A stretch of DNA of 48,614 bases, taken from the NCBI GenBank assembly GCA_003661385.1, contig QMWA01000001.1, forward strand, positions 1 to 48,614. The letters are read 5' to 3'. The notes beneath the pieces were generated by a model. The model made no database searches. It was given only the letters and a program-made list of their open reading frames with translations, and was not told the origin of the DNA. Each line of letters begins with the position of its first letter. The stretch's first letter is position 1. Below are positions 1 through 8,521 of the stretch, piece by piece. Source of the stretch: Thermoproteota archaeon. GTDB lineage: Archaea > Korarchaeota > Korarchaeia > B14-G2. The translations under genes and the position numbers were made by a program.

Positions 1-1
1 C

Positions 2-136
2 ATAATACCAGGAAGAGCAGCAAGGCTCAAGGGAGAGATAGAGGACGCCACAGGATGGGGTGTGATGGTAGGGCCACTAGACTCCTCTGGGATTCCGAAG
101 TACCTAGCTGACAACTGGCCTCCTGAAGAGACCTAG
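2..136 (+). CDS. 3' end of an unassigned gene entering from the left window edge (partial)
   Basis: Frame 2 is open from the window edge to TAG 134-136. It reads ...IIPGRAARLKGEIEDATGWGVMVGPLDSSGIPKYLADNWPPEET*, which has globular-protein-like composition. It is absent from the ORF track only because its start is outside the window. It overlaps the convergent CooC-like stop by 4 nt. Confidence 0.4.
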   Translation: MIPGRAARLKGEIEDATGWGVMVGPLDSSGIPKYLADNWPPEET

Positions 137-936
137 GAGACTCCAAGCAGCTCAAGCAGCATAGTATCTGGCACAAGCCCTACCTTCTCAGCTATTTTTC
201 TTGCTGCTACTACTGAAGGGCTATCTGGTGGCAGCTCAAGTAAAGGCCTCCCCTCTAGGTTAAAGCTGGCTACATTAGGGTCCTGTGGGATAACTCCCCC
301 ATATCTCAGTCCCATTTCAAGTGCCTTCCTCCTCACAAGCCCTTCTAGTCCTCTGGGGAACATGTTCCCTATCAGATACATTTCTCTAACGTTTATGTGG
401 ACTTCTTCAGCTAGCTCTCTTATCCTCCTCGCTGTCTCGAATCCCATCTTAGATGGATCTGTTACGATCAGCATGATGTCAACGTCTCTGTCTGTTCTTC
501 TACTCAAGTGCTCTAGCCCAGCTTCCATGTCCATCAGTGTGATCTTGTAGTTTGCAGTCAGCTTGTCGAGTATCCTTGTCAGCAAGCTGTTAACAAAGCA
601 GTAGCATCCTTCTCCCTCGGTTCTCCCCATAGCTAGGAGGTCGAATTCATCCCCCTCGACTAGGGTCTCAAAAACCCACGACTCAAGCAGGTCTCCCTTA
701 GAGACGCCTGGAGGGAGCTTATCCGCTTCTATATCTCTCTTAAGCTTGGTTGCTACGTCTCCAACGGTTTTAGCTACCTCCACCCCGAGGACATCTGGCA
801 GGTTTGTAGCTGGGTCAGCATCAACCACCAGGATAGGCCTTTCTCCTCTTTCAAGCAGCACCTTGAGGATGAGCGCTGTCACAGCAGTCTTCCCAACACC
901 ACCTTTACCTGAAACCGACACGACGATCTTATCCAA
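133..936 (-). CDS. CooC/MinD-family P-loop ATPase (CooC-type nickel-insertion accessory protein-like)
   Basis: Deviant Walker A VSGKGGVGKTA at the N-terminus, VVDADP, and a CxC pair in GRTEGEGCYCFVNS as in CooC-type metallochaperone ATPases. Size (267 aa) is typical. Confidence 0.8.
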   Translation of the reverse strand: MDKIVVSVSGKGGVGKTAVTALILKVLLERGERPILVVDADPATNLPDVLGVEVAKTVGDVATKLKRDIEADKLPPGVSKGDLLESWVFETLVEGDEFDLLAMGRTEGEGCYCFVNSLLTRILDKLTANYKITLMDMEAGLEHLSRRTDRDVDIMLIVTDPSKMGFETARRIRELAEEVHINVREMYLIGNMFPRGLEGLVRRKALEMGLRYGGVIPQDPNVASFNLEGRPLLELPPDSPSVVAARKIAEKVGLVPDTMLLELLGVS

Positions 937-940
937 GCTA

Positions 941-1690
941 TCACCTGACCTGCCTCAATTCAATGTGTACTTTATCAGAGTACTCTATGTATGCGTAGTT
1001 CCCCCAGCTTAGAGGCCCAGGGTTCACGACCATGCTCTCCCCTACCCTGTCTACGCACTTGGATTCGTGTATATGGCCACATAAGCAGATTTTCGGCTTT
1101 CTCTCCTCTATAAACCTCCTTATGCTCTTGCTCCCCACGTGCTTTATTCTCATAGCCTTATCACATCTCGTTCCATAAGGAGGGGCATGCGTTACGAGGA
1201 TGTCTATGTCTCCATGTAACAGTGAAAGCCCCTCTGATATCTCGTTCTCAGATAGCTCAAATGGGGTATGGAAGGGAGACTTGTTTCCTCCGCCAAAGCC
1301 CGCTATTCTAGCTCCACTGTACTCTATCACTTTCCCATGCAGGTTAACTGCTTCCTCTAGCTTGTCAACTTGAGCAAGAAGAGGAAGATCCATGTTACCA
1401 GGTACAAACATGATACTACCCCACCTCTCCTTTAAGGCTGCCAAGACCTCTCTTGCCTCATCTACTCCCCCTCTATCTGTGAGGTCTCCTGAAATAACTA
1501 TGAGATCTGCTTCAGCACTGCTATCTGATGCGAGTTTTTTCACTGCAGCCAGGTTGCCATGTATATCTGTCACCCCCACTATCCTCAGCAATCTCCCCCT
1601 CCTCAAGCTATCTACTGCTCTGCATACATCTTTAAAGCTAGCTTGCTTGAATCGGACATCCAAGCAGCTAACTTCTGCTACTACCGACAT
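941..1690 (-). CDS. calcineurin-like metallophosphoesterase
   Basis: Ordered phosphoesterase motifs GVTDIHGN, SGDLTDRG, VPGNMD, THAPPYG, CGHIHE. The longest ORF starts at TTG 1714. ATG 1690 (MSVVAEV...) lies about 30 nt from the TATA-like CTTATAAG and is preferred. Confidence 0.85.
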   Translation of the reverse strand: MSVVAEVSCLDVRFKQASFKDVCRAVDSLRRGRLLRIVGVTDIHGNLAAVKKLASDSSAEADLIVISGDLTDRGGVDEAREVLAALKERWGSIMFVPGNMDLPLLAQVDKLEEAVNLHGKVIEYSGARIAGFGGGNKSPFHTPFELSENEISEGLSLLHGDIDILVTHAPPYGTRCDKAMRIKHVGSKSIRRFIEERKPKICLCGHIHESKCVDRVGESMVVNPGPLSWGNYAYIEYSDKVHIELRQVR

Positions 1691-1716
1691 CCTGAAAGCT
1701 GCTTGGTATAGCAAAA

Positions 1717-1724
1717 CTTATAAG
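1717..1724. promoter_or_regulatory. palindromic TATA-like box CTTATAAG in divergent spacer (phosphoesterase / speH)
   Basis: A/T-rich palindrome preceded by AAAA. It is centred about 30 nt from ATG 1690 (minus strand) and about 52 nt from ATG 1773 (plus strand). Confidence 0.45.
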
Positions 1725-1772
1725 CCGCCGCCTCAGAGGACAAGTAGCAAAAAAGATAGCAAATTAGGAAAG

Positions 1773-2153
1773 ATGTGGGTGAGAAACCTAGGTAGGCACC
1801 TAATACTGGAATTCTATGGATGTCCTAAAGAGCTACTGGATAGTATAGAGTACATAAGGGATGCACTAGTCAAGGCAGCAAAGGAAGCCAATGCTACAGT
1901 TCTAAGCAACACATTTCACAAATTTAACCCGCAGGGAATAACAGGTGTTGTCGTCATCTCAGAATCTCATCTATCCATACACACTTGGCCAGAATACGGG
2001 TATGCTGCAGTCGACATATTCACATGCGGAGACCACACAGACCCATGGGCTGCATACGAGATTCTAGTAAGAGCTCTTAAGCCAAGAAGGGTTACAGTAA
2101 CAGAGATGAAAAGAGGAATCTTAACAGAAAGTGAGCTAGCAGCTCTGACTTGA
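1773..2153 (+). CDS. speH: S-adenosylmethionine decarboxylase proenzyme, SpeH type
   Basis: Pyruvoyl self-processing site VVISE|SHLSIHTWPE plus DIFTCG, in a 126-aa product. Track ORF 1392..2153 is an upstream read-through antisense to the phosphoesterase gene. ATG 1773 (MWVRNLGRHLILEFYGC) is taken as the start. Confidence 0.9.
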   Translation: MWVRNLGRHLILEFYGCPKELLDSIEYIRDALVKAAKEANATVLSNTFHKFNPQGITGVVVISESHLSIHTWPEYGYAAVDIFTCGDHTDPWAAYEILVRALKPRRVTVTEMKRGILTESELAALT

Positions 2154-2210
2154 CTAACAACTGACATAGGCTGCAGAAGTATAATAAACCCCCAGCTAAT
2201 ACCCAGCTAG

Positions 2211-3269
2211 ATGAAGCCGGTACCCATAGTTTACGATGACTCAATTAAGAAGTATAGCTTCCCTGGTACTCACCCATTCAAGGGAAGCAGGTTTGAGAAG
2301 TTCATAAGATACCTAAAAGAGAGCAAGCTAGTCAAAGAGGACCTATGCAAGATAATAGGATTCATAGGTCCTCCTCCATCAGAAGAGGAGCTTCAGCTAG
2401 TGCACTCCCCCTTTTATGTAAGGAGAGTTGCAGAGATGTCCAGGTCAGGGATCGGCTTGCTCTCAATAGATACACCAGTCTTTAAAGGTGCTTACGAGGC
2501 CTTCCTAAGCATACTTCACTCCACTCTCTCAGCTTACAGAGCTATAGCCTCCGGTGAGGCTGAGGTAGCTGTCGGAATAGGTGGAGGTCTGCACCATGCT
2601 GGAAGGAGCTATGGTGAGGGGTTCTGCATATTTAATGATGTAGCCATTGTCGCCAAGTATGCTCAGAAGGAAGGCTTCAAGAAAATCTTCATATTCGACT
2701 ACGACGCCCACCAGGGGAATGGAACAATGGATATCTTCTATAGCGACCCAACAGTCTTCTACTTAAGTATACACCAAGATCCGCTCACCTTGTACCCTGG
2801 AACAGGCTTCGTAGAGCAGGTTGGAGTAGGGGAAGGTGAGGGATACACGTGTAACATACCGCTTCCTCCTGGAGCTGGGAGGAGCTGCTATGAAAGGGCG
2901 ATCAAAGAGGTTTTTCTCCCGCTAGTGGAGTGCTTCAAGCCAGACCTCATAATATGCAATGGAGGAAGCGACCCCCATTACAATGACCCTCTCACCATGC
3001 TAAGCTTAGACCTCAAAGGCTTCTGGCTCATAGGCCGCTCTATAAGAGAAGCAGCAGATGTAGCTGGAGCACCTGCTATCGACTTGATAGCTAGCGGATA
3101 TGACGAGGAAATCCTGCCGAGAGCATGGACTTGCATAATAGCTGGGATAGTGAGCTTCGAGGAAGAGCCATGCAGCGAGCCGCCTAGAGAGCTACCTGAG
3201 GCAGCTTCAGCATTCGAAAACACGCTAAGAGAAGTCAAGCAGGTTATGAAGAGGTACTGGAGCATATAA
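2211..3269 (+). CDS. histone deacetylase / acetoin-utilisation / acetylpolyamine amidohydrolase family protein
   Basis: GGGLHHAGRSYGEGFCIFND (HH pair), FDYDAHQGNGT (Zn ligands), NGGSDPHYNDPL, ASGY. 352 aa. Confidence 0.85.
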   Translation: MKPVPIVYDDSIKKYSFPGTHPFKGSRFEKFIRYLKESKLVKEDLCKIIGFIGPPPSEEELQLVHSPFYVRRVAEMSRSGIGLLSIDTPVFKGAYEAFLSILHSTLSAYRAIASGEAEVAVGIGGGLHHAGRSYGEGFCIFNDVAIVAKYAQKEGFKKIFIFDYDAHQGNGTMDIFYSDPTVFYLSIHQDPLTLYPGTGFVEQVGVGEGEGYTCNIPLPPGAGRSCYERAIKEVFLPLVECFKPDLIICNGGSDPHYNDPLTMLSLDLKGFWLIGRSIREAADVAGAPAIDLIASGYDEEILPRAWTCIIAGIVSFEEEPCSEPPRELPEAASAFENTLREVKQVMKRYWSI

Positions 3270-3807
3270 TTGGCTCAAAGAGCACGAGAAGCCTCCTGAC
3301 GACCTCTCTTCTCCCCTCATCAACCCAGACAACTACAGCTCCAACCCCAGGCTGCCCATAGACCCATGCTCCACCTGGAGGTGTAAAGTATGACACAGGA
3401 AACCCTAGCAAATCCTCTTCGCCATCTACTACAACACACACATGCTTGCCAGAGAGAGCTTGCTTAAAGGCCTCCTTTATGGTCCTCCAAGCCTCTCTAG
3501 TAATGAGCCCTGCAGGGTTCCTACACCTGTAAGCTATATACCCCTCTGGAATCCTGACCCCAACATTCCTCCTCTCTACCTTCCCATCAATCACAGCAAC
3601 TCTCGGTCTAATGCCCTCTCTAATCAGCCACCACGTCACGTAGTCTCCGACAGATGAGAGGAAAACCCCCGCAATCTCCTTGAGATCCCTTATAAGGGAG
3701 CCCCTAGGCCTCCTGACAGCTTCAGCAAGCCTCCTAGTAGCTCTCAGATCGAACAAAAGCTCGTCGTCATCTAACACCTTCTGGCTCTCAGCTGTCATCT
3801 TCAGCAC
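3244..3807 (-). CDS. DUF359 family protein, probable GTP-dependent dephospho-CoA kinase
   Basis: Family-like core SVGDYVTWWLIREGIRPRVAVIDGKVERR. 187 aa. Start is GTG 3807 or ATG 3798. The 3' end overlaps the convergent deacetylase gene by 26 nt. Confidence 0.6.
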   Translation of the reverse strand: MLKMTAESQKVLDDDELLFDLRATRRLAEAVRRPRGSLIRDLKEIAGVFLSSVGDYVTWWLIREGIRPRVAVIDGKVERRNVGVRIPEGYIAYRCRNPAGLITREAWRTIKEAFKQALSGKHVCVVVDGEEDLLGFPVSYFTPPGGAWVYGQPGVGAVVVWVDEGRREVVRRLLVLFEPIICSSTSS

Positions 3808-3877
3808 CTAAGTTAGCATAGATGATAAACTGGAACCTTTTTAAGACGAGCCCCCCAGTGACTTAGAGTGTTGAAGT

Positions 3878-5047
3878 ATGTCAAGAGACATCGCCAGCGT
3901 GCTATGGGACATCAAGCCAGTAATAAGCCCGAGAATATCCGAGATAGCCGCTGGGAGGAGGGGAAGTGGAGTATGGAGGGTTGCTGACCTCCCAGTCGAC
4001 AACAGGATATTTCGTGGCCTCAGTGTCCTTGCTGACTCACGTGACAAGAGGCTCAGCATAATACTCACGCTTAGCATAACTCCTGCACTATGGGAGCTCT
4101 GGGAGAGCCACCGTGCGAGGCTATTCAAGTCCATAACAAGCAAGCTAAGAGAGCATGGTGTCATGTTCTCAAGGGACCTCTGTAATGTATACGTATACTC
4201 AATGCAAAAGGACATAGCTGTGATTACACTAGAGTCCACCTTCTACCACCATGGCCCTCCTCCAGCACACATCAGAATAGCTACTCCAGGCTACAGCAGG
4301 TTATCAACCTCCTATGACTGGCTTGAAGAGCAGCTTGAAAGGCTCATCCTACTCGCTGAGATCATAACAGCAGTGATAACTGAGAGGCTAGAGGAAGCCC
4401 AGCTCGAGCATGACGTGGAGAAGGGGTGGAGCCAGCTTGAGCTGAGAGCTCACGTCGGTAAGGCTCTGAGAAGGCTATCTGAGCAGAGAGACAAGCACCT
4501 AGCATGGATTAGGAGGAGCCTGATCGAGGCGAAAGGCTGGGTTAGTGGCCCAGTTGACATGTGGACTGGCAACCGCCCCTACCCTCCAATAGGCAGGCTT
4601 ACGTCATTCTTCGATGACCTAGTCTCTGAGACAATGCACTTGGGAATAGAAAGCAGGCCAGTTAAAGCCATAGACCAGATAGCTTACATCCTCTACATGT
4701 CCTCCGCCAACATGGAACTCATCCTGAGCAATGCAGAAGTTGTTAAAGCAGCTGAAAAGAACTCATCGTTCTTCAGCGGTCTATCAGGGTACTACCTAAT
4801 CCTGGCAGACGCCCTAAACAGCATAGAGCCAAGAGGAAGGAGCTTCTCTGAAGCGACTTCAATAGAGTCTGAGGGTGATATGCTTCTACCAGTATCCCCG
4901 CATGGAGATACTTGGGTAGATTGGGGCAGCTTCAAGCGTGAGCTGGAGATCAGCAGAGAAAAGCTGATAGAAACATGCCTAGCCCTATCCAGGACCCTAG
5001 CTGGGATAGGGGAGAGTATAAGGGAGAAGAAGGAGGCTAGGAGCTGA
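3878..5047 (+). CDS. hypothetical protein (389 aa, soluble, no motif recognised)
   Basis: Long ATG-initiated ORF with balanced composition and helical, charged segments (LEEAQLEHDVEKGWSQLELRAHVGKALRRLSEQRDKHLAWIRRSL). The antisense ORF 3841..4239 is S/L-rich and looks spurious. Confidence 0.6.
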   Translation: MSRDIASVLWDIKPVISPRISEIAAGRRGSGVWRVADLPVDNRIFRGLSVLADSRDKRLSIILTLSITPALWELWESHRARLFKSITSKLREHGVMFSRDLCNVYVYSMQKDIAVITLESTFYHHGPPPAHIRIATPGYSRLSTSYDWLEEQLERLILLAEIITAVITERLEEAQLEHDVEKGWSQLELRAHVGKALRRLSEQRDKHLAWIRRSLIEAKGWVSGPVDMWTGNRPYPPIGRLTSFFDDLVSETMHLGIESRPVKAIDQIAYILYMSSANMELILSNAEVVKAAEKNSSFFSGLSGYYLILADALNSIEPRGRSFSEATSIESEGDMLLPVSPHGDTWVDWGSFKRELEISREKLIETCLALSRTLAGIGESIREKKEARS

Positions 5048-5099
5048 TCTACCACCGGGAGAAGTATAGTTTTAATCACATCTGTTAATAGGGGGAAGT

Positions 5100-6317
5100 T
5101 TGAGAGACTATTTCAAGGATACTAGACCATATTGGCTGACAAACCTGGCTGAGCAGCTTGAAACCCCCACTCTAGTTAGGGTGGACATAAATCAGCCGCT
5201 TAAAGGTGATAGAGTTCCGGAGATAACGCTTAGAGCAAGAGTGTACGCATATGTGCTCCAGGTGATGGCAGAGTACGCTGGCCTCGTTGTCCTAGCACAT
5301 CAAGGGAGGCCTGGTGACAAGGACTTCACAGGCTTAAGAAGCCACTTTGCTCAGCTCAGAAAGCTGCTGCCACTTGACATAGAGGTGGAGTTCATACCAT
5401 ACAGGAAAATGTACTCAAGCGAGACAATAGAGAAGATAAGGAAGCTACGTGAAAAGCAGATAATTCTCCTAGATAACGTGAGGATGTTCGAAGAAGAATT
5501 CAGCTTCAACCCTGAGACATCCACCATGGTATCCAGATTCAGAGGCGTGGTAAAGAAGTGTGTCAATGATGCAATGCCAGCGTGGCACAGAGCTCATACA
5601 AGCCTGATGGCACTACCTCACATAGCCTACACCTACATCGGGATGAGGTCAGTGTATGAGCTAAAGGTGCTAAGTGACCTTGTCAATGAGGACTGGGAGA
5701 ACTGTGCCATAGTGATGGGGGGAAAGAAGTTAGAGAAGCTGGAAGTCCTAGAAAGGATCCTAAGAAAAATGGAGGGCTTCACAGGAGGTATACCAGGTCA
5801 GCTCATAGCTAGAGCAAAAGGTTATGATCTAGGATCAAGGAATAACGCTTTCCTAGAGAAGATTGCTAGCGTCAAGCAGTTTAAGGCAGCTAAAAGGCTA
5901 GCTGAGCTTGGAGTACATCACCCTATAGACTTCACAGTATTCGAGAATGGTGAAGCTGAGAACGTGCCTATAGAGAAAATGAGACACAAAGATGGTCTCA
6001 TAGTAGACATAGGCGAGGAAACTGTTAGAATGTACTCGCAGCTACTCAGCAAGAAGACCTTCAGAATAAGAGCAGGCCCGCTTGGAATCTACGAGAAGGG
6101 ATTCCTTAACGGCGTAGAGCTGACGAAGAGAATAATGGGAAGTGGCCTAATATTTCTGGGAGGAGATACTTCCCAAGAAGCCCTTGAAACAGGGATAATA
6201 GACCAAATAAGGGACACTGGAGGGAGATTCCTGCTCAGTGGAGGGGCTTTCCTACACGGCCTAGCGGGGCTACCCTATCCGTCAGTTGAAGAGATACTGA
6301 AGCAGAAGCCCAGATAG
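5100..6317 (+). CDS. pgk: phosphoglycerate kinase (archaeal type)
   Basis: N-terminal VRVDINQPL, HQGRPG, and the C-terminal GGDT motif (LIFLGGDTSQ). 405 aa. TTG start preceded by GGGGGAAG. Confidence 0.9.
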   Translation: MRDYFKDTRPYWLTNLAEQLETPTLVRVDINQPLKGDRVPEITLRARVYAYVLQVMAEYAGLVVLAHQGRPGDKDFTGLRSHFAQLRKLLPLDIEVEFIPYRKMYSSETIEKIRKLREKQIILLDNVRMFEEEFSFNPETSTMVSRFRGVVKKCVNDAMPAWHRAHTSLMALPHIAYTYIGMRSVYELKVLSDLVNEDWENCAIVMGGKKLEKLEVLERILRKMEGFTGGIPGQLIARAKGYDLGSRNNAFLEKIASVKQFKAAKRLAELGVHHPIDFTVFENGEAENVPIEKMRHKDGLIVDIGEETVRMYSQLLSKKTFRIRAGPLGIYEKGFLNGVELTKRIMGSGLIFLGGDTSQEALETGIIDQIRDTGGRFLLSGGAFLHGLAGLPYPSVEEILKQKPR

Positions 6318-6767
6318 CTACTCTATCTCTATCTCATATCCTGCTGCCTTCTTGGGGAGCCTCACCTCCAACACTCCATTTCTGAATTTAGCTCTAGCCA
6401 TGTGAGGCCTGACCCTAGCTGGCAGGTAAACGATCTTATAATACTTGCAGGTTATGGTCTCCTCCCCTCTCAGCCCTCTGAACCTAACGATATTCCTGGC
6501 TTCAGCTCTAAGCTCGACGGTAGTCTCAGTAGCTCTCAGAGATATGTCCCTCTTATCTACACCAGGGAGGTCAAATGACACAATCACCTCGCTTGGTGTC
6601 TCAACGACTTTATGAAGTGGCTCAAGGCACCCAGATGTCCTCTCAGATGTTGTGAAGAACGACTCTAGAGCGGTTTCAACGCTCTCAAAGTAGCTATCGA
6701 TTATCTTACGTATCCTCTCAAACCACTCCTCCACACTTACCACCCTAGATGAAGTATGACGGCGCAA
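6318..6767 (-). CDS. small heat-shock protein (Hsp20/alpha-crystallin family)
   Basis: Alpha-crystallin domain: VSFDLPGVDKRDISLRATETTVELRAE ... AKFRNGVLEVRLPKK. 149 aa. Confidence 0.9.
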   Translation of the reverse strand: MRRHTSSRVVSVEEWFERIRKIIDSYFESVETALESFFTTSERTSGCLEPLHKVVETPSEVIVSFDLPGVDKRDISLRATETTVELRAEARNIVRFRGLRGEETITCKYYKIVYLPARVRPHMARAKFRNGVLEVRLPKKAAGYEIEIE

Positions 6768-7578
6768 TCTGAGATGCCCCTGTAACAGGGCTTTTCATTG
6801 CAGCCACCGTCCTCTTCATAAGCTCCTTCAGCTTTATACGCATTTCCTCTGCCTGCTGAAGCAGAGGCTCAACCTTAATCTCGATAGTCAGATAGCTGGC
6901 AAGCACTTTGAGCACCTCGGCTGCTGCACCAGGGTCAGGGTACTCGCCAAAGGCCTCTGCTAGCAGAGCTACTGTGGGCACTCCACGCATTATGGCCTCT
7001 CTCACTATCATAGCCTTAACTCCACCTAGTAGCCCCTCTGACATGAACTTCACGCCAGCCTTCTCAAGCTTCTTCTTGTCTACACCGTCCCCGACGATGC
7101 AGTAGACCTCTGGCCTCTCTATGTCTATTCTATTAGGTGTGTTGAGTCCTCCGAGTGAAACAACCTGCTCAACTCCCTTATCAGTCCCCCACTCGATGAC
7201 CGCCTCTGCTACAGGCCTAGCTATCACTGGATGTATCGGTATCTCAGAGATTAAGACGAGGATGTTATCTCCAGCATAAAGCCTAACTGGCTCCAGCACC
7301 TCAGAGTTATGTAGCACTATAAACGGAGGGAAAAGTGGTGAGTCTAAGAAGGCAACCTCTTCTAACTGCAGCTCAGAAACCATGTAGCTTGCTGCAATGG
7401 CTCCAACGAGCCCAGGATCAGGTACCCCCTCAACCAGCACAGCTCCATCATATCTCTTCTCCTTTTTCTCAACCACCCTAACCTTTCTCTCCATCCAAAC
7501 CCCAACTTCCCCCTGCTCTAACAATATTAACTTATTCCACCTGTCAGCCTCTAGCTCCCTAGGAGAGTCTTCTCGCAT
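6745..7578 (-). CDS. PAC2-family proteasome assembly chaperone-like protein
   Basis: Typical N-terminal core GAVLVEGVPDPGLVGAIAASYMV followed by an alpha/beta body and a C-terminal helix. An alternative start is M29 (position 7494, MERKVRVV). Confidence 0.7.
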   Translation of the reverse strand: MREDSPRELEADRWNKLILLEQGEVGVWMERKVRVVEKKEKRYDGAVLVEGVPDPGLVGAIAASYMVSELQLEEVAFLDSPLFPPFIVLHNSEVLEPVRLYAGDNILVLISEIPIHPVIARPVAEAVIEWGTDKGVEQVVSLGGLNTPNRIDIERPEVYCIVGDGVDKKKLEKAGVKFMSEGLLGGVKAMIVREAIMRGVPTVALLAEAFGEYPDPGAAAEVLKVLASYLTIEIKVEPLLQQAEEMRIKLKELMKRTVAAMKSPVTGASQIAPSYFI

Positions 7579-8521
7579 CTCCCTCCATATCTACGACCTC
7601 GATGTCACCAGCTTCACTTATCTTAACAAGCCTAGCTCCACTCAAAGGCAGCACCTTGCCAAGGACTTCAAGTAGCTCCTCCAGGCTCTCAGCTTCAACC
7701 GTAGCTCCTGAAGCTGCTCTATGCCCCCCTCCTCCAAGGGCCTGAGCTATCTTAGAGCAGTTGAACTCTCCCCTACAACCGAGCATAACCTTCCACCTCC
7801 TGCTTGACAGCCTATAGCACAGCGCTACAAGCCTAGCTCCTCTCTTCTCTAAGCTCAGCATAAGCCCTCTATAGGATATCTTCTTGCTCCTACCTCGCTC
7901 TACCACGAGCACAGTAATCTCAAGAGGCTCTATCCTCTCAGATAGCTTCTCTGTATTCTCTCTGATTCTCCTATTCGCTTCAATCCAGCCTGCTACCTCC
8001 TCAACGGAGAAGGCATCTAGGCCCTTCTCAGCCAGGAGCTTAGCGAGCTTTACTCTCATCTTCGCTGGGCTGCCTTTCACCGCGTCATTAAGTAGCCAGC
8101 CCTCAGCGCTCTCTATGCTTGCAGTATCCGTCTCTACCGCTAGCTGCGCCAGCTTCACCGATAAGGAGTCCTCTTCCATGTCTAAGGCCTTAACAGCTAG
8201 CACAGCTGCACACGGCGCTCTCGGGTCATGGATGCTCTTCTTAGCTCTAGGAATGTTGCTCTCATGGTGGTCTATCCAGAGGGCAGCTCTCCTAGGGCAA
8301 GGCAAGTCCAGCACTACATCCCACTTAACCATGTTTATCAGGCTAAGTCTACCTGCTCTCTGTACTTCATGTGGTGTTGCTAAAGCTAAAACAGCATTTG
8401 GATACCTTCTCAAAGCTATTGCAGCTGAAGCTATGCCGTCTCCATCCTCCCCATGAGAAAGGATCCTGGGCTTCCTGAGAACTGGTGCAAACAGCAGCTT
8501 AAGCACGCTCTCTACTATCAA
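7559..8521 (-). CDS. DHH/DHHA1-family phosphoesterase (NrnA/RecJ-like core)
   Basis: Motifs SHGEDGDGIAS, VVLDLP, WIDHHESN and the DHHA1 motif GGGGHRAASG. Confidence 0.8.
   Translation of the reverse strand: MIVESVLKLLFAPVLRKPRILSHGEDGDGIASAAIALRRYPNAVLALATPHEVQRAGRLSLINMVKWDVVLDLPCPRRAALWIDHHESNIPRAKKSIHDPRAPCAAVLAVKALDMEEDSLSVKLAQLAVETDTASIESAEGWLLNDAVKGSPAKMRVKLAKLLAEKGLDAFSVEEVAGWIEANRRIRENTEKLSERIEPLEITVLVVERGRSKKISYRGLMLSLEKRGARLVALCYRLSSRRWKVMLGCRGEFNCSKIAQALGGGGHRAASGATVEAESLEELLEVLGKVLPLSGARLVKISEAGDIEVVDMEGDARRLS

Noticed and set aside
2-136. Assigning the left-edge gene fragment to a corrinoid/Fe-S (CODH/ACS gamma-like) protein because of the adjacent CooC-like gene.
   Set aside because: Only 44 residues are visible. 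The resemblance is from memory and cannot be verified without a search, so the fragment is left unassigned.
1392-1772. Upstream 127 codons of track ORF 1392..2153, which would give a 253-aa speH.
   Set aside because: This part lies antisense to the well-supported metallophosphoesterase gene and encodes S/T/L/A-rich low-complexity sequence. SpeH homology begins only at ATG 1773, which has its own spacer and TATA-like box.
7884-8456. Long antisense ORFs. Examples: 7884..8456, 14517..14915, 15800..16198, 31047..31508, 33254..33574, 34087..34449, 37429..37857, 41594..42100, 45402..45761, 46503..46908.
   Set aside because: Each lies opposite a gene with clear family motifs. They translate to S/T/L/A/P-rich low-complexity sequence and lack upstream expression signals. 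They are explained by the stop-poor antisense strand of this codon usage.
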